A program made the position numbers and the translations under genes. Positions 1 to 7,685 of a DNA stretch of 36,857 bases are shown here, in pieces. Within the stretch, counting starts at the first letter, position 1. Each line of letters starts with the position of its first letter. The stretch is taken from the IMG/VR virus record IMGVR_UViG_3300030330_005067, positions 1 to 36,857 of that record. One strand, written 5' to 3'. This DNA comes from a virus. Its lineage: Duplodnaviria > Caudoviricetes. The notes under the pieces are model-generated. The model was not told the DNA's origin. It did no database searches and saw nothing but the letters and a program-made list of their open reading frames with translations.

Positions 1-15
1 ACGCTCTTGATTGTC
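1..15. repeat. Terminal overlap, copy 1 (ACGCTCTTGATTGTC)
   Basis: Identical to 36842-36856; indicates a circular or circularly permuted contig. Confidence 0.9.
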
Positions 16-360
16 GATGAAGTCTTCAACTGCTAAACCTAAGCCGCCTCTAAGGATTAAATCTAGTAGTTGATCATCATCAAATGATAACAAAAGCATT
101 GGGTCTTGAGACACAGAGGCCATCTCTAAAGTAGTGATGAGCTGCCTGCGAGCTTTGTTTAAAGCAGTCTTAAAAGACTTCTCAGCTGAGACTTCTGCTA
201 TGAGCTGGTCACGCCTAGCTTTTGTTAGTGTAGCCATAGGACCGGATAAGCGTTTTGCTTGTCTGCCTAGATCATCAATCGCCCTTTTATCAGCATCCTC
301 TTCACTTAAGTGAGTGTGCTGAGTGGTTAAGAGCTGGCCACAGCTAACACAAGTAAACAT
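1..360 (-). CDS. 5' part (120 codons) of head morphogenesis protein spanning the contig junction
   Basis: ATG at 360 overlaps the capsid stop (TAATG). Open frame MFTCVSCGQLL...FIDNQER continues in frame at 36841 (IRSAIERSLE...) into the 36269..36748 ORF; total about 310 aa. Confidence 0.85.
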   Translation of the reverse strand, partial: MFTCVSCGQLLTTQHTHLSEEDADKRAIDDLGRQAKRLSGPMATLTKARRDQLIAEVSAEKSFKTALNKARRQLITTLEMASVSQDPMLLLSFDDDQLLDLILRGGLGLAVEDFIDNQER

Positions 361-1352
361 TATGCTAACGTGTTTGTAAGAACATGACCAAGTGTTGAAT
401 CAATCGCCTGGAATGACTGAACCTCTTCAGCGTAAACATAACGGCGGGTTTTGTCTAGGCTGTCATACTGGCCAGCAACCATGTTGCCAAACTGGAAGTT
501 AAGAGCCGCTACTGGCATAGCTTTGACGCCACCTGATTTCTGTACAATAGCATCAGAGCCTCGAAGAATACCCATAAAGATGGTCTCACCGTTCCAGATG
601 TAACTCTCTGAAGATGTAGCACCTGGTACAGCTGTGTCTTGACGAGCCTGACCAACGTGGATATTGGGGATGCCTAGCACGTCGCGAAGTACAGCAATAA
701 CAGCCTCATCATTCAAGATTCTGTTACCAGCTGCAATACCAGCCCCACTAGTACCGACATAACCTCGAATCTCAGGGTTACGCGCTAACACTCGAAATAC
801 ATCACGACCAAGAATCATGGTGTCAGGGTTAATTCCATGAGCCGCCGCGAAGACTGTATCTTTAAGCTCATGTAAGTTTGTGAGTGGTTCAGCACCAACG
901 GCATCATACTTCTGTGTAGGTGATGAAGTGTTAAAAGCTGTACTATCAAACAACACATCGGCACAGCGTTTTTCTCTAGCTAGCTTCATTACTCGGCTAA
1001 CTTTGCGAGCCATGCGTTGCTCTTCACTTCCGGGGTACTGACTATCAAAGATGTCTTCCATCGCGATGGAATCAGAAGCCGCGTAAATCTTCGCCTTGAA
1101 TGTGGTAGATGTACGATCAAAACCACCAATTGTAGTACGTGATGCACCAGGAGCGCGCTCTAGATCGAGGCCAGCACCTGCACCCATAAAGTTTCGAGTC
1201 TCCTCTAAAAGTAGAGTCCCTGATCGCTCTGGAATGGTTATGTTTTCAATGACCTTGTCAGCGATAAGCTGATTATCACTAGGCACAGCCTCAACAACTA
1301 GACTGCTTAAAATCTCGTCGACTGGGTGTAAATTAGAATATGAACGAGCCAT
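360..1352 (-). CDS. Major capsid protein (HK97 fold)
   Basis: 330 aa; follows protease/scaffold and decoration genes; PDTMILGRDVFRVL-type motif; strong RBS (AAGGAG). Confidence 0.85.
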   Translation of the reverse strand: MARSYSNLHPVDEILSSLVVEAVPSDNQLIADKVIENITIPERSGTLLLEETRNFMGAGAGLDLERAPGASRTTIGGFDRTSTTFKAKIYAASDSIAMEDIFDSQYPGSEEQRMARKVSRVMKLAREKRCADVLFDSTAFNTSSPTQKYDAVGAEPLTNLHELKDTVFAAAHGINPDTMILGRDVFRVLARNPEIRGYVGTSGAGIAAGNRILNDEAVIAVLRDVLGIPNIHVGQARQDTAVPGATSSESYIWNGETIFMGILRGSDAIVQKSGGVKAMPVAALNFQFGNMVAGQYDSLDKTRRYVYAEEVQSFQAIDSTLGHVLTNTLA

Positions 1353-1363
1353 GTTTTAACTCC

Positions 1364-1756
1364 TTAAGTATTGAGGCTGGTAGGACCAACAAACAAGACT
1401 TTGATCTGGTCACCTGATGATGCTGAGGTTTGATTGATATTTGGGATAACTCTAGCGATGGGATAGAAGGTAGTATCGCCAGATTCACAAGGTTGAACTT
1501 TTCCGCCTGTGGTCGCTGAGAGAATTGGGCTTGTACTAAATGTAATTGTATCTCCAGCAATAACGCGAGTGATACCACTTACAAGTACCTCAACAGATTC
1601 ACCAGATGCACAAGCGCGCTGAGCCACACCAACAACTTTTTCATCTGTGGCCGCTGTGGTGATAACGACTTTACCGGCCGCGTTGAGTGAAACAATAGCA
1701 TACTCTGTGATAGCTTCAGCAGAGACAAAACTTACAAGGTTATCTGTGTTAGCCAT
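1364..1756 (-). CDS. Capsid decoration/cement protein (DUF2190-like)
   Basis: 130 aa between scaffold and MCP; pattern AEAI..Y.IV...G.V...VVGVA...GE.V.V...GI..V.AG typical of this family. Confidence 0.75.
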   Translation of the reverse strand: MANTDNLVSFVSAEAITEYAIVSLNAAGKVVITTAATDEKVVGVAQRACASGESVEVLVSGITRVIAGDTITFSTSPILSATTGGKVQPCESGDTTFYPIARVIPNINQTSASSGDQIKVLFVGPTSLNT

Positions 1757-1758
1757 GA

Positions 1759-2427
1759 TTAGCCTCCAAACACTTGATTGTAAAAGTCAGCGTTATTAGC
1801 TCTGAATTGAGTTAACGCCTCTGAATATGAAATGCTCTTTTCTTTAGATAGCTTCTTTACTTCAGCATCTAGAGCACGTTTATTAATTTCACGACGACTG
1901 GCACCATGACCAACCTCAGCGAGTGGTACAGTTGAACCGGTGCTACGCTCGTTAAACATCTGCCAAAATTCAGGTTGTAGCTCTCTGAGTTGCCAAGCTT
2001 TACCAGCTACAGTCTCCTCAGCCGGTGAGATTCGACCATCACGTAATAAGGCACCAACGGCCTCACGCTTTTCAATCTCGGCCTTTTCGGCTTCAATCGC
2101 TTCAATTCGTGCGCTCATCTTAGCGTTGTTCTCTCTGAGTGCGTTAATTTCAGATAGTAAAGTTGGTGATAGTTGCTCACTCATCTTGTAATCCTTCTTT
2201 TCAGCCATCTTTTCTTTATCGTCTTCAGACTCGGCCATCTTCTCTTTATCATCGTCTTCAGATTCGGCCATCTTCTCTTTATCATCCTCATCACGCTCTT
2301 TACGCATGGAGGCTTCAGAATCTTGCTTCATCTTCTTAATCTGGTCTTCAAGTTCTTTGACCATCTCATCTTTTGCGATGAGCATAGATCTAAGCTCATC
2401 GGCAGACATACTTTCAATGTTATCCAT
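1759..2427 (-). CDS. Putative internally initiated scaffold protein (222 aa, MDNIESM...)
   Basis: In-frame ATG at 2427 preceded by GAAAGG, right after the protease domain; mirrors the Mu I/Z arrangement. Confidence 0.5.
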   Translation of the reverse strand: MDNIESMSADELRSMLIAKDEMVKELEDQIKKMKQDSEASMRKERDEDDKEKMAESEDDDKEKMAESEDDKEKMAEKKDYKMSEQLSPTLLSEINALRENNAKMSARIEAIEAEKAEIEKREAVGALLRDGRISPAEETVAGKAWQLRELQPEFWQMFNERSTGSTVPLAEVGHGASRREINKRALDAEVKKLSKEKSISYSEALTQFRANNADFYNQVFGG

Positions 2428-3729
2428 CTCAAGCCTTTCGTTTAATATGACCCGGTCTATCTGGTCATGTGATTGTGCCGGTCTAGGCGTTAAAGTAACG
2501 GCTAAGAGTTGAGCATCACCAACTTTAGCACCGCCTAAACGGTCATAGACTTCACCGGCTAAGAACTCTGGAGAACTCCACAATACACCACCTGCATCTT
2601 TCACAACTTTTAAGCCGCGTTCGTTGTATGCTGGGATTGCATAAAGCCCATCCTCTTTTAGTTCTAAGTCGATGATTAAGCCTAAGGCGTTCCCTGACTC
2701 TGGTGGAGCTGGTGAGCCGCCTTGATAGGGAGAGGTTGCGTGTTGCCAGTCTATGACTACAGGGTCCTGGTCTTTACGCTCTTTAAACACTCTGACCATC
2801 TCAGCCAGCATAGACATATCAATTTCTTTGCCAACGTTCTCACCACTCATTCTAGATGATACTTGACCAAGACCTAAGGTTTTAAACGGTCGGCCCACTG
2901 TGAGATTCTCAGGTATATTATATGCAAATACTGAAGACTCTGAGAGTGCTCTCAAAGCTTTTGTTTTAGAGTCAGCTGTGTTCATTTGTCTTACTACTTT
3001 CTTTGCCCATGTAAAACCAGCATCACCGCCCCAACCATGCCAAGCCTGCCAACCTTTACCCTGGTCAGACCAGGTAGAGCCTTGCTTGTCGACTTCGTGC
3101 CTGGTGAAGTAATTGAGCATACGTCTAACTGTATCCGGGCTCATCGCTTTACCGTTGGCTAAGTCTCTGGCTCTGGCGATGCCTACACTGGTCATTCCAC
3201 GCTTGGATTGTGGTTTAGATGCTCTAACTTTTAAAGCTCGTTCACCGGCCTCTTGAGCACCTTTAGGTGGAGTAAAGTCGATATGAGAGTATTTATCAGG
3301 AACCGCTAAAAGCTCAGCTTTCTTATCTGATTCTCTGTGTTGTGGGTGTCCCTTAGGCAGTAGATCTAGATCACTAGTGTAAGCCTTCTTACGTTGGCCA
3401 GTAGCTACCAGTTTTAAGAATGTTCTCACCCTTGCTAACGCCCATTGATTTCTAGTCATGCCTGGTCGATGAGAAACACTAAAAGCACCGGCTCCACGTC
3501 TATAAACGGCTTTGAGTGCACCTAGATCAATACGACGTTTGGCCGCTTTGAACTTAGCATTATGCTTGTCTCTCATGTTCTCTAGAGCTTTAGTAGCTTG
3601 CTCACTGATAGAGATGCCACCACGCGCCCCACTAGCCGAGCCCTTAGGGTTCGCTTTACTGCCCTTGATCCGGTCCTTTTTTGGTGCTGGTGTTTGGGCT
3701 TGGGTGCGCTTCTTAATTGCTTTTACCAT
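1759..3729 (-). CDS. Mu gpI-like prohead protease/scaffold with ~270-aa N-terminal extension
   Basis: VIDWQH, SSPEF and LLAVTLTPRP motifs as in Mu-like protease I; coiled-coil acidic C-terminal scaffold; lies directly after the portal. Confidence 0.8.
   Translation of the reverse strand: MVKAIKKRTQAQTPAPKKDRIKGSKANPKGSASGARGGISISEQATKALENMRDKHNAKFKAAKRRIDLGALKAVYRRGAGAFSVSHRPGMTRNQWALARVRTFLKLVATGQRKKAYTSDLDLLPKGHPQHRESDKKAELLAVPDKYSHIDFTPPKGAQEAGERALKVRASKPQSKRGMTSVGIARARDLANGKAMSPDTVRRMLNYFTRHEVDKQGSTWSDQGKGWQAWHGWGGDAGFTWAKKVVRQMNTADSKTKALRALSESSVFAYNIPENLTVGRPFKTLGLGQVSSRMSGENVGKEIDMSMLAEMVRVFKERKDQDPVVIDWQHATSPYQGGSPAPPESGNALGLIIDLELKEDGLYAIPAYNERGLKVVKDAGGVLWSSPEFLAGEVYDRLGGAKVGDAQLLAVTLTPRPAQSHDQIDRVILNERLEMDNIESMSADELRSMLIAKDEMVKELEDQIKKMKQDSEASMRKERDEDDKEKMAESEDDDKEKMAESEDDKEKMAEKKDYKMSEQLSPTLLSEINALRENNAKMSARIEAIEAEKAEIEKREAVGALLRDGRISPAEETVAGKAWQLRELQPEFWQMFNERSTGSTVPLAEVGHGASRREINKRALDAEVKKLSKEKSISYSEALTQFRANNADFYNQVFGG
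2195..2290 (-). repeat. ~30-33 bp tandem repeat encoding DDDKEKMAESE x3
   Basis: Three copies of GCCATCTTYTCTTTATC in the scaffold linker. Confidence 0.85.
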
Positions 3730-5140
3730 GTCGTTTCCTCGCTATAAGTTGCTCAGCAAGTGCAGACACTCCACCTGATCCACCTTGACTAGATACCCTT
3801 AACATTGGTGAGCGTTGGGCATCCTCAGGTAGGTCACCAGCTCCTAGCTTAGCTCTGATAACTCTCTCTAGTTCATCATCAGGAGTGATAAGACCAGACT
3901 GAACTAGACCAGGTAGCATTTGAAGAGACTCAGCCAACTCATCAGTATCAAGGCCAGTATGAACTAATCTTGGCAGTTTACTTTGATCCACCGCCCCATA
4001 ATTCCAGCGAATCAAACGGCCTATAGTACCACCTCCACGCCTATCAGGTCCGCTTACCTGAGCCGCTACCAAGTCACATAGGTTAATGGCTGCACGTCTA
4101 AACACTGATAAGTGGATTTCACCAACTGATCTAGCTCCAGTTTCAGTATTACCTAAATCAGCAAACTGAGCTAAGAAGGCCGCCGCTATTTGTGAATCAC
4201 ATTTAGTGATGATATTGATGGGGCCATCTGCGTACAAGTTTGGCTGTGATGCATATGTATCAAACTTAACAGCCGCGTTTTCTACTAGATAGCTTTGCTC
4301 AGCACTAATAAAAGCTTGTGCTTGTGACTCTGCATCATCAATCATAGCGTCGATGTCACCATCACTTAAACCGATTGATTCAGCCGTTGAACGGTCTACA
4401 ACAACTTTAGGAGTAGGCACCGCCCAACGGTCTAAACCTACACACATCAAGTTACTAACTCTCTGCTTAGTACGCCACCACCACCACACTGGGCGCAACA
4501 TTCCAACACCCTCAAAGTTAGAGCCCGTCTTGTTAAGTGTGAGGAGTAGTAGTTTATTAGCTGGGATGGGTTCAGGAACTTTACCAGAACCAACCATGTT
4601 CTGTAGTACCCCATCTAAGTGTTGGTCATCCCTCGATAACCATCTTGAATGTGCTGAGGGTTCTCTATCTGCATAGTGGCTTAACCACACTCTAACCTTA
4701 CCAGTAGAGTCAGGGCCTACCTTGTAAATCTCTTCAGCGTAGCGATAACCAACCGGGACAAACTCAAATAGATAACTTAGTTGGTCCTCCCAACTCATTA
4801 CCATCTGGCCGCTGTTACCATCAAAACCAAAAGCCTCATTCGCGTACCTAGCTAACTCCTCGCTTACTATGTCACCCTCTACACCTGGTTCAAATCTCCA
4901 AGTGGCAGAGAGCAGAGTCTGTCTAAGCATATGCCAAGATCGTCTAACTATCGGATCAGTCCTAAGCATATCCTCAGCCTCTTGCACCCAGTTGAGGCCG
5001 GTCAGCTGTGGGTTGCTCTCTTTAGAAATCACTCCACCGTTTAATTGGGTTCCGCTTATGCCTTTAGTTCTGAATCGTGGCGATAGGGCTCTAATGTGTC
5101 TTGGAGCCTTACCATCATCATGGGGATTAGACATAGCCAA
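3713..5140 (-). CDS. Portal protein (DUF935/Mu gp29-like)
   Basis: 475 aa; GY...E.IY, PIPANK, FEGVGMLRP.WW.W..K and GARSVGEIH motifs; upstream of the protease. Confidence 0.85.
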   Translation of the reverse strand: MAMSNPHDDGKAPRHIRALSPRFRTKGISGTQLNGGVISKESNPQLTGLNWVQEAEDMLRTDPIVRRSWHMLRQTLLSATWRFEPGVEGDIVSEELARYANEAFGFDGNSGQMVMSWEDQLSYLFEFVPVGYRYAEEIYKVGPDSTGKVRVWLSHYADREPSAHSRWLSRDDQHLDGVLQNMVGSGKVPEPIPANKLLLLTLNKTGSNFEGVGMLRPVWWWWRTKQRVSNLMCVGLDRWAVPTPKVVVDRSTAESIGLSDGDIDAMIDDAESQAQAFISAEQSYLVENAAVKFDTYASQPNLYADGPINIITKCDSQIAAAFLAQFADLGNTETGARSVGEIHLSVFRRAAINLCDLVAAQVSGPDRRGGGTIGRLIRWNYGAVDQSKLPRLVHTGLDTDELAESLQMLPGLVQSGLITPDDELERVIRAKLGAGDLPEDAQRSPMLRVSSQGGSGGVSALAEQLIARKRHGKSN

Positions 5141-5171
5141 CCCTTCAACGTGATTGATTAAAATTGAGCCT

Positions 5172-5200
5172 ATTATATTATTTTACTGAACAGTTGTCTA
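5172..5200 (-). promoter_or_regulatory. Sigma70-type promoter for the portal/head operon
   Basis: TAGACA-17 bp-TATAAT on the minus strand, about 30 bp upstream of the portal start. Confidence 0.65.
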
Positions 5201-5204
5201 GTAG

Positions 5205-5239
5205 TTGACCACTGCAGAATAAAAGCATACATTTATAAT
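5205..5239 (+). promoter_or_regulatory. Possible divergent plus-strand promoter
   Basis: TTGACC-17 bp-TACATT, with TATAAT at 5234-5239; no plus-strand ORF follows. Confidence 0.35.
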
Positions 5240-5376
5240 GTTCTTTCCTTGCTGGTATTGGGGTTAACGACTCACTAGAATAGATCAAAACTTTGGACGG
5301 TCTCTGACTGCTCTAGTGACTATTAGTAGTTATTAAGATAAGAGATGATGGTCCATCCCTTAATGACTACCTATGT

Positions 5377-5820
5377 TTAATCCTCTGGCTCTGGCTGTGT
5401 CGGTAGCCACTGATCAACCACCTCAGGCAACTTTACCTCGTCGTCATTGGCTGGGTGTTCAAAGCCATTGAGGACGCTAAGACGCTCGATAATAGCAAAC
5501 TGCAAAGCCGCTTGTTGTTCTCTCAATAGTTGCATCTGTATGTTTGCATCTCTGAGACGCGCTATAAGTGCAGCTCTATCAGACTCTTGAAATGCTAGTT
5601 TATCCTTAAGGTCCTCAACTTCAGATGGATCACGACCGCTGGCTATAGCAATCATTGAAGAGATTGAACCTGTTATCATACCGAGTATTCCCACGAGTAC
5701 ATCACGATTCTCATCTACTATACTAACTCTGGCTAAGAAGACAATCAACCCCATCACGAGCAACATAAAGAAGATTGAGAACCACCACCCACGTTTATTT
5801 TTTTCATGATCTTCATTCAT
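5377..5820 (-). CDS. Membrane protein, 2 predicted TM helices plus coiled coil
   Basis: WWFSIFFMLLVMGLIVFLA and VLVGILGMITGSISSMIAIA hydrophobic segments, then a heptad-rich helix; start overlaps the cyclase stop by 8 nt. Confidence 0.7.
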   Translation of the reverse strand: MNEDHEKNKRGWWFSIFFMLLVMGLIVFLARVSIVDENRDVLVGILGMITGSISSMIAIASGRDPSEVEDLKDKLAFQESDRAALIARLRDANIQMQLLREQQAALQFAIIERLSVLNGFEHPANDDEVKLPEVVDQWLPTQPEPED

Positions 5821-6577
5821 TCCACCACTCCTTAAGCCATTGTTTAATAAAAGGGTAAAGTAAACAGATGATATACCCTAAGCTCAACCAAAAGGATCGC
5901 CACAGTATCCACCATGCCCACTCTTTAAGTCTTCTATGTTTAGCTTTAGATTTAATCTTACCGGGTCCGCCTATCCTCTTAACCTTCTCATTACCCTCAG
6001 GAGGCTGTAGTGATTCGATGGTGACACCCACCGCATAAATGGTCTGAGGTTGTCTGACACCTTTAAACTGATAGAGACCAACACAAGCATATCTAGTACC
6101 CTTAGGTGTATGGGGATTAGCCCGGCCTTTAATCACTTGAAAAGCTTGTTTAGTTAGCAGCACTTGACCAGCTCTACACATCGACATAGTTCTAGCCGCT
6201 AAGTTCTTACTTAGTCCCTCTAGTTCAATCGGTTTGGCTCCTGAGAGCACTAGTAACTCATGCTGAGTTACTTCAATCACTTGGCCCCAATGGATACCGA
6301 TTCTAGCTTCTAAATGTGTTTTAGCTGGTATTGTCTTCTGATAGTTGAGAGCAAAGTTGAGAGCATCAATAGGACGTTCAAACGATAGAAGAAAACCATC
6401 GGACCTATCTATTTCTCGACCGTTAAACTTGTAGAGCATAGAACGGCTAAGCCTATCATGATATTGTAACCATTCAGCCGCTTTCATTGCACCCACTCGT
6501 CTTACAAAGTCGGTTGAGCCAATGAGGTCTAGTAATACAATGGCTAACAGTCTTTCTTGATAATGCTCTTGCTCCAC
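5813..6577 (-). CDS. Class III (adenylate/guanylate-type) nucleotide cyclase with C-terminal TM anchor
   Basis: LLDLIGST (D17), DRSDG (D60), ARIGIHWG, NLAAR (N125/R129), GQVLL and FKG motifs; C-terminal WAWWILWRSFWLSLGYIICLLYPF. Confidence 0.9.
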   Translation of the reverse strand: MEQEHYQERLLAIVLLDLIGSTDFVRRVGAMKAAEWLQYHDRLSRSMLYKFNGREIDRSDGFLLSFERPIDALNFALNYQKTIPAKTHLEARIGIHWGQVIEVTQHELLVLSGAKPIELEGLSKNLAARTMSMCRAGQVLLTKQAFQVIKGRANPHTPKGTRYACVGLYQFKGVRQPQTIYAVGVTIESLQPPEGNEKVKRIGGPGKIKSKAKHRRLKEWAWWILWRSFWLSLGYIICLLYPFIKQWLKEWWNE

Positions 6578-6582
6578 TGGTA

Positions 6583-7032
6583 TTACTCCCAGCTGATCAC
6601 CGTAATGTTATGCTCGATAAGGTAAGCACAGCCAGGCGAATCTCGATCATGCTTAGTAGTGTATACCTGAGTTATACCGGCGTGATGAATTAACTTAGCA
6701 CAATTTAGACATGGTGGCCTAGTCACAACCAACCACGCGCCCTTAGTGGCATGACCATACCTGGCCGCGTTACAGATGGCGTTAGCTTCAGCATGATGAC
6801 AGCCAACTTCTACCCTAGTACCACTAACAATTTTTTGCTCATCTCGATGGCAGACAGTCCCACCACATAAATCACCTCCACCTCTAGGTGCCCCATTGTA
6901 TCCATCTGCTAAAGTCACCCATGTATCTGGCTGAAATAGCATAGCCCCAACCTTAGCGCGTGGGCATGGTGAAGCCTGAGCTAACTGTTGACTCATTCTG
7001 ATCTTAGTCCAGATGTGTTTATGTTTGCTCAT
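6583..7032 (-). CDS. dCMP deaminase
   Basis: SPC...VGA, GYNG, HAEANAI and PPCLNC zinc motifs. Confidence 0.9.
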   Translation of the reverse strand: MSKHKHIWTKIRMSQQLAQASPCPRAKVGAMLFQPDTWVTLADGYNGAPRGGGDLCGGTVCHRDEQKIVSGTRVEVGCHHAEANAICNAARYGHATKGAWLVVTRPPCLNCAKLIHHAGITQVYTTKHDRDSPGCAYLIEHNITVISWE

Positions 7033-7685
7033 AGTAGTGAACCTAAGCTAACCGGGAAACGTTCAAGCAATAACTCTTTAATAGCTATAGCGGCTAATCT
7101 GGTCTCTAGTTGAGCATGATCATCACATCTAAGCCTTAAGAACTTTGACCAATTCAAGAGTGAGCCGGTCATCCAAAAGGATGTATAGAGATTAACTGGT
7201 AAGACTGTCCTAGCCGTTTCACGTGAAACACCACGATCTAGTAAGTTGAAATATACTGACTCGGTGAGCTTGCTGATACTGTCGATGATGTCTCTGGCTT
7301 CATCTGGTTGATGTACCTCTTCATCAGATGAGCACTGTAAATTCAACTGAGCTTGTTTATTAATTACGATGGGTGAGTAGAACTGAATACGCTCTGAAGT
7401 ATACCGCCTGCTCACTTCATTGTAACTAAACGTCCTATGACGCTGAATCTGTGAGCGAACAAATAGAGGCACAGTTAGAAGAAATGTGGCTGTGATGTGC
7501 TCGAATGGTGAAGTGTGTTGATGATTAGCTAAGAACTTAATTAACTTCTCATCACGCTCATTAAGCTCATCTGAGTGAGACAACTTAGCAAAGCTCACCC
7601 TTGCACTATGAGCCGGTGTAGCGTCATTACCCATAGTTGCTACCAGCTCCACACCACCAATGTCATCGTCATAAATGTATTCCAT
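7029..7685 (-). CDS. thyX: FAD-dependent thymidylate synthase
   Basis: HTSPFEH, RHRTFSYNEVSRRY (RHRx7SxR), RETAR.VLP and HAQLE.R motifs. Confidence 0.95.
   Translation of the reverse strand: MEYIYDDDIGGVELVATMGNDATPAHSARVSFAKLSHSDELNERDEKLIKFLANHQHTSPFEHITATFLLTVPLFVRSQIQRHRTFSYNEVSRRYTSERIQFYSPIVINKQAQLNLQCSSDEEVHQPDEARDIIDSISKLTESVYFNLLDRGVSRETARTVLPVNLYTSFWMTGSLLNWSKFLRLRCDDHAQLETRLAAIAIKELLLERFPVSLGSLL

Noticed and set aside
1759-5140. Transposable Mu-like phage
   Set aside because: No transposase A/B and no host-DNA ends; replication genes are initiator/loader type
5377-6577. Firm call as a canonical Pycsar system
   Set aside because: The partner has no recognisable cNMP-binding or TIR domain and the cyclase has its own TM; only the architecture is similar
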